Shown: one piece after another, positions 9,163 to 18,238 of the stretch
Numbering within the stretch: position 1 is the stretch's first letter
Layout: each line of letters begins with the position of its first letter
DNA from: Candidatus Latescibacterota bacterium
GTDB taxonomy: Bacteria > Latescibacterota > UBA2968
Assembly (NCBI GenBank): GCA_038279365.1
Contig: JAYODI010000021.1
Location: forward strand, 1 to 57,530
Direction of reading: 5' to 3'
DNA: 57,530 nt
Notes under the pieces: model-generated
Databases searched by the model: none
What the model was told of the DNA's origin: nothing
What the model saw: the letters and a program-made list of their open reading frames with translations, nothing else
Made by a program: the position numbers and the translations under genes

Positions 9163-10326
9163 ATGCATACTTTTTTAAACAAGGGTTATCTGTTTGGGGT
9201 GTGTTTTTTGATAGGTGTGTTCGGTTGTTCCGATGATATCATAAACAGTGTGTCTCCCGAACCCAATCGTGATCCGGCAAGTATTGAGTTGGGTTTGCGT
9301 TTGGTACCATCAGAAATCACTTTGAATTTAACAGATTTGTCACAGTCTGAAATGGATCAAATTGCTTTGGGCAGTTATTTGGTGAATGGTGTTGCAGGAT
9401 GTACGGGGTGTCACAATTCACCAACTGGTGAACACTTGGCAGGTGGCAATGAATTTCCTGTCGCTTTTTTACCACCCGATCTACAAGGCAACACAACACT
9501 CTTTGCACGCAATCTCACACCCGACCCAGACACGGGCCTTAAACTGACCGAAGCAGAGTTTATTGAGGCCATGAAAACAGGTAAAGATTTTCATGACAGC
9601 CAAAGTGGGCAAGACTCACGTATGGTTTTTATGCCTTCACAAGTGTATCGCTTTATGTTAGACAAAGACCTCAAGGCTATTTATGCCTATCTCAAACATA
9701 TTCCTCCAGTGCGCAATGAGCTGCGGCTTTCTTATGTGCCACCTTTTCCCTTTCCGCCCGTTCCTGCGCCATCACTCTCTGATGAAAGCAACGATCCCAA
9801 CGGCATCGAACGCGGATTGTCACTGATTCAGGTCTTTTCATCTGGCGCACCTGCCGAAGCATTTATCAACCAATTTAACACCACAGTCAACACCCTTTCT
9901 TCTGCCGAGCGTGCCAAAGTAGGGCGAGGCAGTTATTTGCTTAATACCTTGGCCGATTGTAGCAATTGTCATACAGATGGCATTCCTGATGGCAATTATG
10001 ATGGGGGGCTTTTTCCTGGCACTTTTGATATCAATACGGCCACTTATTTGGCGGGTGGGGTTAACATGGGCCCCTTGTTGGGTTTGCCATTTAATGTTTT
10101 GTCACGCAACCTGACCCCTCATGCTCAAACGGGGTTAAACCTCACAGAAGAGCAATTCATTCAAGTGATGCGGTTTGGTGCAGATTTTCGCAGACCCACG
10201 GGATCATTGCGTACGCAACCTCATTTTCCGGCAGAGTTTCGCATGACAATGGAAGACTTTCAAGCATTGTATGCATTTTTAAAAGTTGTTCCTGCCACTC
10301 AAAACGATGTGGTTATTTCTCCGTAG
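9163..10326 (+). CDS. Diheme c-type cytochrome lipoprotein (two repeated domains)
   Basis: Lipobox VFGC. CTGCH at 9400-9414 and CSNCH at 9958-9972. Each domain has G.YL...CxxCH...LAGG...RNLTP...TGL. GAGGA RBS. Confidence 0.85.
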   Translation: MHTFLNKGYLFGVCFLIGVFGCSDDIINSVSPEPNRDPASIELGLRLVPSEITLNLTDLSQSEMDQIALGSYLVNGVAGCTGCHNSPTGEHLAGGNEFPVAFLPPDLQGNTTLFARNLTPDPDTGLKLTEAEFIEAMKTGKDFHDSQSGQDSRMVFMPSQVYRFMLDKDLKAIYAYLKHIPPVRNELRLSYVPPFPFPPVPAPSLSDESNDPNGIERGLSLIQVFSSGAPAEAFINQFNTTVNTLSSAERAKVGRGSYLLNTLADCSNCHTDGIPDGNYDGGLFPGTFDINTATYLAGGVNMGPLLGLPFNVLSRNLTPHAQTGLNLTEEQFIQVMRFGADFRRPTGSLRTQPHFPAEFRMTMEDFQALYAFLKVVPATQNDVVISP

Positions 10327-10387
10327 TGTGTTTTCATCCACCTATGTCAACGTCTTTCATTTTTAGATATCGAACAAAGGCAACCGA

Positions 10388-11632
10388 ATGATGAATAAAA
10401 TACAAGGCTTACGTCTCATATTTGTTGTGGGTTTTATTGGGCTTTGTTTGGCTCCCACTTTTGCTCACGATGACGAAACTGAATTGCATCACTTTAACCC
10501 CAACAAACTCATTGGGCTTATTCCCAATCTCTATGGCGGAGATGGCATTGTTTTGGCAACCGCCTCTGCCGCCAGTCATACCGCGCATTTTTCAATCGAG
10601 TCTGCCGCCAGTATCAATCGCCTCAATCAACAAATTGCCGCCGAAATTGGTGGTTATCCTTTCAGCTCTTCTGTGGGGGGATTTTCTTTTGAATTTGATC
10701 CTGTTTTGGGAGACTTTGTGGGTACGACCAAAACATTGGGCCCCATTATTGCAGAACGTGCTGCAACCTTGGGGCGTCGCAAACTCAATCTCAACATGTC
10801 TTATACCTTTTTAGAATACAACAAATTTAGTGGCCAAAGTCTCGACAATTTTGGCGTTGTTGCCCGTCACGATGCCGATATTATTGGTTTGCCTGATATA
10901 CGTGAACAATTTGAAGACGACGTTGTACAAATGAATATGGACATTGATATTCGGGTGCAAATTTTGGCATTGTCGGCAACATATGGCCTGACTGATAAAT
11001 TGGATGTTGGATTTTTGGTGCCTTTGGCGCGGGTTGATGTGAATGTTGAAAGCAATGCGAGTGTTATCGAGGCCTCCGAAAACACACTCTTTCCCAATAT
11101 TCATGCATTTGACAACACACTGGAATCTCCGCAAGACAAAGTGAGTGGCAGTGCAACGGGTATTGGAGATATTGTTTTGCGTGCCAAATATCACTTGCCA
11201 CAAAATAATTGGTTTGATCTTGGTTTTGCCACGCTAATGCAGTTGTCAACGGGTGATAATGAAGAGTTTTTAGGCACTGGTGACAATACGATTCGTCCCT
11301 TTTTTATTTTTTCGCGTCATCTTTCCGAGCGATTGACTCCGCACTTCAATTTGGGTTATGAGTTTAATCTTACCCGAAGCAAGTTGAGTTCTGTTGAGTA
11401 TGCGCTTGGGTTTGATTATGGCACCAACAAGTATACCTTGGCAGGTGAGTTTATTGGCAGCAACGAACTGGATGGCGATGGCATTGGCGATGACATTCTC
11501 AATACGGCTTGGGGTATCAAATGGAATCCCGCCAAGCAATATTTGGTGGCATTAAATACCCAATTTGCTTTAAATGATGCAGGTTTGCGTTCTACATTTG
11601 TTACCACACTCAGTTTTGAATATAATTTTTAA
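10388..11632 (+). CDS. Putative outer-membrane beta-barrel (transporter/porin-like)
   Basis: Signal peptide, alternating amphipathic strands, GIGDIVLRAKY motif and C-terminal Y-N-F. Confidence 0.7.
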   Translation: MMNKIQGLRLIFVVGFIGLCLAPTFAHDDETELHHFNPNKLIGLIPNLYGGDGIVLATASAASHTAHFSIESAASINRLNQQIAAEIGGYPFSSSVGGFSFEFDPVLGDFVGTTKTLGPIIAERAATLGRRKLNLNMSYTFLEYNKFSGQSLDNFGVVARHDADIIGLPDIREQFEDDVVQMNMDIDIRVQILALSATYGLTDKLDVGFLVPLARVDVNVESNASVIEASENTLFPNIHAFDNTLESPQDKVSGSATGIGDIVLRAKYHLPQNNWFDLGFATLMQLSTGDNEEFLGTGDNTIRPFFIFSRHLSERLTPHFNLGYEFNLTRSKLSSVEYALGFDYGTNKYTLAGEFIGSNELDGDGIGDDILNTAWGIKWNPAKQYLVALNTQFALNDAGLRSTFVTTLSFEYNF

Positions 11633-11645
11633 GTGATTTATCACA

Positions 11646-12598
11646 TGATGATGCATACGTCACATCGATATTTGTTTCGGTTTTTATGCTTTGGCCTTTT
11701 TTTATTGGCCCAAAGTTTTGCCACATCTGTGCCCATTTTGGCACAGTCTGTTGTGGTTATAAAAAGCCGCGATCAAGAAACGTATGACCAAGTTTTAGAA
11801 AGTTTTGTAAAAAACTGTCGCACCATATCGGCGAACCAACTTGTTGAATATAATCTCAAAGGTGAAGAAAAAAGTTGGGGTGATGTTGCCAAAGAAATCA
11901 ATGTGGTTCCCAATCTGATATTGGCAATGGGACCCTTGGCTGCACAAATGGCAAAGGAAGCCTCTCCGCACATCCCTGTCATTTTTTGTATGGTCTCCAA
12001 TCCTTCTCGGTATGGCCTTGCAGGTGAAAACCTTGTTGGCATATCTATGGATATTCCAGGTGCCACCCAATTTGCGCTTTACAAAACGGTGATGCCCAAT
12101 CTCAAAACGATAGGTGTTATTTACGATCCTGAAAAAAGCAATGCACTCATTGAAGATGCCAGTCAAGCCGCAGATAAACTGGGCTTAGAACTGATCAAAG
12201 TGCCCGTTTCTTCACACAAAACCGTACCCAAAGCATTGCGCAGTATGTTGGGCAAAATTGATGCGCTTTGGATGGTTCCTGATGATACTGTGTTGACCAC
12301 TCAGTCGTTTCGTTTTTTCCTTGTGACTTCTTTTGAGAAAAAATTGCCTTTTCTGGCTATTTCCGACATTTTTGTTAAGGTGGGTGCATTGGCCACCATT
12401 GCGCCAGATCCCCATGAATTGGGGCAACAACTCTGTCAGTTGGTCACTCAAATTCAAAACGGGCAATTGGATCTCACCAAAACCAATATTCTTTCTCCCA
12501 TTGAGAGCAATCTCGTGATCAATGTTAAAACGGCCGAAAAGATAGGTCTCACCATTGCCCCCGAAATTCTCCAATCTGCAAGCAAGCTCTATCAATAA
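11646..12598 (+). CDS. ABC-type substrate-binding protein (ABC_sub_bind-like), no adjacent permease
   Basis: Signal peptide. Motifs IPVIFCMV, KTIGVIYDP, IDALW..PD and LVINVKTAEKIGLTI. Start uncertain (11633-11652). Confidence 0.8.
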
Positions 12599-12615
12599 TC
12601 GCGGTGTATTCCCCC

Positions 12616-12644
12616 TTGATGATTCCTGAAAATTAGCCTAAATT
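12616..12644 (+). promoter_or_regulatory. Candidate sigma70-type promoter for the fdh operon
   Basis: TTGATG-17 nt-TAAATT, with a further TATAAAAT just downstream. Confidence 0.35.
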
Positions 12645-12669
12645 GTATAAAATATATGAGTTGTCATTT

Positions 12670-12700
12670 AAGAGAGGGATGATGTTGATCCCTCTTTTCT
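12670..12700 (+). terminator. Hairpin with short U tract (terminator of upstream operon or attenuator of fdh)
   Basis: AAGAGAGGGAT-gatgttg-ATCCCTCTTTT. Confidence 0.5.
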
Positions 12701-12773
12701 GTCTTATCGTGGCAAAATATAAACACAGAGACTCCAAAATCATCATGCGCCATAAGTGTTAAAGGATTTTCTT

Positions 12774-14369
12774 TTGAACAAAAAACAAGGCGAAGTACCC
12801 GACCTCTTACAAATAGCGGGCGGCATTCAACCGGGTGCTTCACGGGAAGTGTCTCAAAAAACGGGTGTGCCCGAAGCACATGTTTATGGTGTGGGTAGCT
12901 TTTTTAATATGCTTGCTCGACCCGACAAAAAAGTGCGTGTTTGCACGGGTCTTTCTTGTCGTTTGGCAGGAGCCGATCAAATACTTCAAGCGATGGAAGA
13001 TGCGGGTTTGCCTGTAGAGGGGTGTTCTTGTCTTGCGGCTTGTGATGTGCCACCTGCCGTTTTGCGAGATCGAGATACTTTACCCGCTGTTTCTGTGTCT
13101 GATGTTGAAAACACCAAAGGGGATTGGACACAACTCCAACCGCATCTGACCTCTAACCGTTTGGGTTGGCACGGTTTTGTTGGCCCAGAGATTGACAGCC
13201 CAGAAACTTTGAGCATCAATTTATTAGGCAAACCCGATTATTCGGCTCAGGCTTTTCAAAAGGTGCAAAATCAAAGCCCTGAAGACACCATCCAAATACT
13301 TGAAACATCAGGTCTACAAGGTCGTGGTGGTGCAGGTTTTCCGGCTTTTTTCAAATGGAATGCCGTACGTGCCCAAAAAGAACCCATTCGTTATGTTGTG
13401 CTCAATGGCGATGAAAGCGAGCCAGGTACTTTTAAAGATCGCGAAATTCTTATGCGTCGGCCCGATCTGATTATAGAAGGTTTGGCCATTGCTGCACATA
13501 CTGTGGGTGCAAAAGAAGTGTATCTCTACTTGCGTGGTGAATTTGCTTTTCCTCGCCAGATGATGCAACAGGCACTCAATGCTTTTCAAAAAAACAATGC
13601 ATTTTCTGACATCACCTTCCATTTTCACGAAGGTCAAGGGGCTTATATTTGTGGTGAAGAAAGCGCATTGCTGGAAGCCCTGGAAGGCAAACGGGGCATG
13701 CCACGCCTGCGCCCCCCGTATCCCACCGAAAAAGGATTGTGGGGCAAACCCACACTGATTCACAATGTGGAAACCATTGCGTGTGTGCCGTCTATCGTTC
13801 AACGTGGTGGTGATTGGTTTCGTGGGCTTGGTAAAACGGAGGCAGGATCAAAGGTGTATTGCATCAGTGGTCATGTTCAAAAACCGGGTGTTTATGAATT
13901 GCCACTGGGTATCACCTTAGATGAGCTTGTTGAGGCGGCCGGAGGGTATGTAGGCACGCTCAAAACCTTTAGCCCAGGTGGTGCCAGCTCTGGTTTTTTA
14001 CCTGCGAAATATCGCAATGTGCCGCTCGATTTTAAAAGTATGAAAGAACTGGGTTCCATGCTCGGTTCTGCTGGTGTGGTGGTGCTCAATGACACCATTG
14101 ATATGAAATGGGCAGCGAGTCAACAACTGCGTTTTTTTGAAGATGAAAGCTGTGGTCAATGTGCACCTTGTCGCATTGGTACCCGTTATCTCCATGAAGC
14201 GTTAGAAGCCCATATTCACAATACCGAAAACAGCAACAAACCCCATTTGCGCCATGCCAACGATGTGGCTTGGCAAATGCGCGAAGGTTCTATTTGCGGT
14301 CTTGGGCAAATCGCCTCTCTCCCCTTAACCAGTGCCCAAAAATTCTTCCCCGAGGAATTCCATGCCTAA
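12774..14369 (+). CDS. NAD-linked diaphorase subunit, NuoE-NuoF fusion (formate dehydrogenase beta/gamma-like)
   Basis: NuoE-like CTGLSC...CLAAC [2Fe-2S] motif. NuoF motifs GRGGAGF, DESEPGTFKDR, GAYICGEE and SCGQCAPCRIG...ICGLG. TTG 12774 has an AAAGGA RBS; GTG 12756 is the alternative start. Confidence 0.9.
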   Translation: MNKKQGEVPDLLQIAGGIQPGASREVSQKTGVPEAHVYGVGSFFNMLARPDKKVRVCTGLSCRLAGADQILQAMEDAGLPVEGCSCLAACDVPPAVLRDRDTLPAVSVSDVENTKGDWTQLQPHLTSNRLGWHGFVGPEIDSPETLSINLLGKPDYSAQAFQKVQNQSPEDTIQILETSGLQGRGGAGFPAFFKWNAVRAQKEPIRYVVLNGDESEPGTFKDREILMRRPDLIIEGLAIAAHTVGAKEVYLYLRGEFAFPRQMMQQALNAFQKNNAFSDITFHFHEGQGAYICGEESALLEALEGKRGMPRLRPPYPTEKGLWGKPTLIHNVETIACVPSIVQRGGDWFRGLGKTEAGSKVYCISGHVQKPGVYELPLGITLDELVEAAGGYVGTLKTFSPGGASSGFLPAKYRNVPLDFKSMKELGSMLGSAGVVVLNDTIDMKWAASQQLRFFEDESCGQCAPCRIGTRYLHEALEAHIHNTENSNKPHLRHANDVAWQMREGSICGLGQIASLPLTSAQKFFPEEFHA

Positions 14370-17169
14370 CATCATTCTCGATGGTCAAGAAATTGCCTTT
14401 ACGCCTGGTGAAACGCTTTTGGATATTGCCACGCGTTATGACATCGACATCCCCACCTTGTGCCACGACCCACGCTTAAAACCGGCGGGTGCGTGTCGCA
14501 GTTGTTTGGTTCAAATAGAAGGCGAACGACAACTCCACCCATCGTGTGCATACAAGGCACAAGATGGGCAAGTTGTTGTTACGAAAAATGAACGCATTGA
14601 TCGACATCGCCAAACCCTTTTGGCATTGTATATGACCGATCATCCACACGATCGTGAAGCTTCAGAATTGGGCGCACCCGATCAGTTGCTCGATATGGCC
14701 GAACATTATAACGCACCTTTGGATTGGGGGCAGATGCCCTCTTTGCGAAAAGGCCGTGAAGATCGCAACCCTTATGTTCACTTTAATCCCGACACGTGCA
14801 TCGCGTGTGCGCGTTGTACGCGCTATTGTGAAGAGATTGAAAGTGTCTCTGCCATTACTTTGGCCTATCGTGGTGCAAACACGACCATTGCTACTGTTGA
14901 TGACAAATCCCTTTTGGATACAACTTGTGAACTTTGTGGTGGATGCATTGATGTGTGCCCCACGGGTGCGATGACCGAAAAACTGCCTCTCACGCGCAAT
15001 CAAAAACCCGAGCGTGAATTGACCAAAGTGCGCTCTACGTGCAACTTTTGTGGTGTGGGGTGTCAAGTTGATATCAATGTGGATCCCAAAGGGCAAGAAG
15101 GTCGTGGCCAAGTGGTCAAAGTGACCAGCCCACCCGTGGGTACTACTACCAATGATGGGAACTTGTGCGTGAAGGGTCGATTTGCGTATGACTTTATTCA
15201 CCACAAAGACCGCATCACCCAGCCGCTTGTGCGTGGACGGGATGGCGAACTTCACCCAACCACGTGGGAAGATGCGCTTCAAAAGGCAGCTGACGGCTTG
15301 CGTGGCGTGGCTGAAAAGTATGGTTCAGAATCTGTTGGTTTTGTGAGTTCCTCTCGTTGTACGGTAGAAGAAAACTTTCTCGTTCAGAAAATGGCGCGCG
15401 CACTGTTTCGGGCAAATCAGGTCCATCAGTGCGCGGCCACGTGACACGCGCCCACCGTGGCCGGTCTGGTCACAACTTTTGGCGCAGGTGCAATGACAAA
15501 CTCCATTGGCGAAATTCGCGATGCCGATTTTCTCTTTGTCATTGGCAGCAACACCAGCGAAGCCCATCCCATCATTGCCATGGAAATGAAACGCGCTGTT
15601 CACAAAGGTGCAACCCTTGTGGTTGCCGACCCGCGTTCTATATGGATGACATCTATTGCGAAGAAACATTTGCAACTCAACCCGGGTAGCGATGTGTGGT
15701 TGCTCAATGCAATGGCCCATGTGATTATTGCAGAAAACCTCGTTGATCAAAACTTTATTGATCAACAAACCGAAAACTTTGAAGCCGTTCGCAAAGTTGT
15801 GGCCAACTACACACCCGAAGAAGCCGAAAAAGTAACAGGCATCTCTGCTGAAGATATTCGCTGGACAGCCCGCACGTATGCCACAACAGAAAAAGCGGGG
15901 ATCTATTACACCCTCGGCATTACCGAACATTCTCATGGTACGGACAACGTTTATGCCTTGGCCAATCTTGTACTGATGACGGGGCATTTGGGCAAACCCT
16001 CTTCGGGTATGAATCCGCTGCGTGGGCAAAACAATGTACAAGGTGCCAACGATGCGGGTGCCACGCCTATATTTTTACCGGGTTACCAACGCGTGGATGA
16101 TCCTAAAGTGCTTGCCAAATACGAAAAATCTTGGGGTGTTCCTTTGTCGCCTGTACCAGGACTCAATCTCAATGAAATGATGAAATCGGCGGGTGACAAA
16201 ATCAAAGGTTTTTTTGTGATGGGTGAAGACATTGTGCTTTCTGAACCCAATGTCTTAAAACTTGAAAAAGGTCTTAACAATGTTGACTTTATCGTGTTGC
16301 AAGACATCTTTCTTAACGAAACGGCACGTTTTGCCGATGTGGTTTTTCCTGCATCGACCTTTGCCGAAAAAGATGGTGTTTTTACCAATTCCGAACGGCG
16401 TGTACAACGTGTGCGCAAGGCTGTTGAACCACCCGGACAAGCCAAAGCTGATTGGGAAATTCTCTTACTCCTCGCCAACACGTTAGGAGCCAACTGGTCT
16501 TATAACAGCCCTGCAGATATCTATGCCGAAATGGTTAAAGACGCGCCCAACTTTGCAGGTATCAGCTATGAAAAACTCGAAGAAACCATGAATCGCCCAG
16601 GCAAATCTGGCATCCAATGGCCTTGTCCAACGCCCGATCACTTTGGTACCACTTATTTACACGAGACAGGCATCTTACGTGGCAAAGGGTTGTTTACGCC
16701 TGTAGAATATATGCCCCCCATGGAACTGCCAGACGAAGATTATGGTCTCTTTCTTTCCACGGGACGTACGCTTTATCACTACAACGCCGCCACTCAGACA
16801 CGGCGTGAATCGGGTCTTGCTACCAAACAATCGGAAGCTTTTGTCGAAATTCACCCTCGCGATGCCCGCAAGCGCAATATCCATCATGGTGACATGGTCG
16901 AAGTGACTACCCGACGCGGTGATGTACATGTTCGTGCCATTGTCTCACGTCAAGTGCGCCCCGGTTGTATTTGGATGCCGCTCCACTTTGCCGAAGCACG
17001 CGCCAATGTACTGACCAATGATGCGGGTGACAAAGTTACGGGTACAGCAGAATACAAAGTGTGTGCCGCTGAGGTTCGTTTGCTTGAACAAATGCCCGAA
17101 GACAAAAATCTCTTTCCTGGCAATTACTATCACGAAACAGGGCCGGGTTTTCAACAATCGGCAGATTAA
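14362..17169 (+). CDS. fdhA: Selenocysteine-containing formate dehydrogenase alpha subunit (Mo/W-bis-PGD), 935 aa, Sec at codon 361
   Basis: Track ORFs 14332-15444 and 15457-17169 share a frame and are joined by TGA 15442 in CAAT-U-HAPTVAGL. Also [2Fe-2S], 2x[4Fe-4S], TCNFCGVGC, PLRGQNNVQG and a C-terminal molybdopterin-binding domain. GAGGA RBS. Confidence 0.93.
15442..15473 (+). promoter_or_regulatory. UGA Sec codon with bacterial SECIS hairpin
   Basis: GTGGCC-GGTCT-GGTCAC stem-loop at 15457-15473. The first loop G follows 18 nt after the UGA. Confidence 0.85.
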
Positions 17170-17170
17170 C

Positions 17171-17213
17171 AAAAAAAGGGGTTCTAAAGCCTGCACTTTG
17201 GAACCCCTTTTTT
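17171..17213. terminator. Bidirectional intrinsic terminator after fdhA
   Basis: A7-GGGGTTCTAAAG / CTTTGGAACCCC-T6. Confidence 0.85.
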
Positions 17214-17328
17214 ATTTTTAAATACGCTTATTTTTTTGTTCTAAAATCAGAACCGCACGGGCTAATGTCTCCACTGTAAATTCAGGTAACACATAAGACA
17301 TAGTGATAAAATATGGCTTTTAAAAGCT

Positions 17329-17772
17329 TTAAATATTTGAAGGATTCACAGCAACAATTCCGATTTGAGCATACCGTGTAAAATCAGAAATATTAAAAGT
17401 CAAAACATGCTTAACATCATGAGTTTTCATCACTGCAACAAGACGCGCATCATGAACTTGAACACCCGAAATGCCATGTTCAACCACCAACTGACGCCAC
17501 GTCGAATACACCATTGAATTCTCTGGCATTAAAGAGAAAAGTCGTTCTATAAGTTTAAGCGACCGATCTGCATCTTTTGGCGTAAGTCCTAATCCATTTT
17601 GTTTGACCGGTCTTGTCACCACATTCCAAAATTCAGAAACATTTTGTGGTGCTATTTGTAACTGATGCCCGACACGCCGAAGCTCTCGCAATGCAGCTCG
17701 AACAATTTTATGACGCGCATCTCTACGGTCTACCAAATGAATGAGAACATTTGTATCCACTAAATAGATCAT
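17329..17772 (-). CDS. PIN-domain VapC-family toxin
   Basis: Motifs YLVDTNVL, QNVSEFWNV, HDARLVA and LTFNISDF. Confidence 0.88.
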   Translation of the reverse strand: MIYLVDTNVLIHLVDRRDARHKIVRAALRELRRVGHQLQIAPQNVSEFWNVVTRPVKQNGLGLTPKDADRSLKLIERLFSLMPENSMVYSTWRQLVVEHGISGVQVHDARLVAVMKTHDVKHVLTFNISDFTRYAQIGIVAVNPSNI

Positions 17773-17774
17773 TT

Positions 17775-18056
17775 TTAAAGATGATCCGCATAAATGGTCG
17801 CACGATTGAATGTTTGGTCTGAATAAACTGGCGCATCCAAATCAATTGCCTCGGCACAAACGTTTGCCAACTCATCCGCTACAATCTCAAATTCCTCTCC
17901 AGATATAACATCTCCCTGCCGAAGTAATGCTTCCACGGCTGGCTCAAGTGCATTTAGCAATAATTCTCGTACACGTTCAGGGTCTTTTTTTACGATCCCC
18001 AGACGTAATGCTTCTTCACTCTCAGGCGATAATTGAAGGTTTAATGTTACGGTCAT
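17775..18056 (-). CDS. Putative cognate antitoxin
   Basis: Small acidic protein 2 nt upstream of the PIN gene. N-terminal MTVTLNLQLSPE and C-terminal R..IY..H. AGGAG RBS. Confidence 0.7.
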   Translation of the reverse strand: MTVTLNLQLSPESEEALRLGIVKKDPERVRELLLNALEPAVEALLRQGDVISGEEFEIVADELANVCAEAIDLDAPVYSDQTFNRATIYADHL

Positions 18057-18184
18057 TTCAATCTCCTAATCATATGAGATAACAACACTTGCTAAAAAGT
18101 TACATAATATATCATAACAAGACAATTCAAAATATGGTTTATCTTACATGAATAATCAAATATCATTTGGGAATCTGCCATCTG

Positions 18185-18201
18185 CGCACTAACTTAGTGC
18201 G
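18185..18201. promoter_or_regulatory. Palindromic candidate operator upstream of nucleoside transporter
   Basis: CGCACTAA-C-TTAGTGCG, a perfect 8-bp inverted repeat with a 1-nt spacer. Confidence 0.4.
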
Positions 18202-18238
18202 TATTTATAAATGAACAGCGACTTGAATGGGAGGGAAT

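Noticed and set aside
12599..12773. Moco/Wco riboswitch upstream of fdh
   Set aside because: I could not recognise the multi-stem motif. Only one hairpin is visible, and an Rfam search would be needed.
12774..14369. Respiratory complex I (nuo) operon
   Set aside because: No membrane nuo subunits are present. The NuoEF-like gene overlaps the FDH alpha gene and fits a diaphorase role.
14332..17169. Two separate genes or a nonsense pseudogene for fdhA, as the ORF track suggests
   Set aside because: The TGA sits exactly at the Sec/Cys ligand position, in frame, with a SECIS-like hairpin.
17218..17301. 27-aa minus-strand ORF (MSYVLPEFTVETLARAVLILEQKNKRI) after vapC
   Set aside because: No RBS and no recognisable motif. 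Too short to support.
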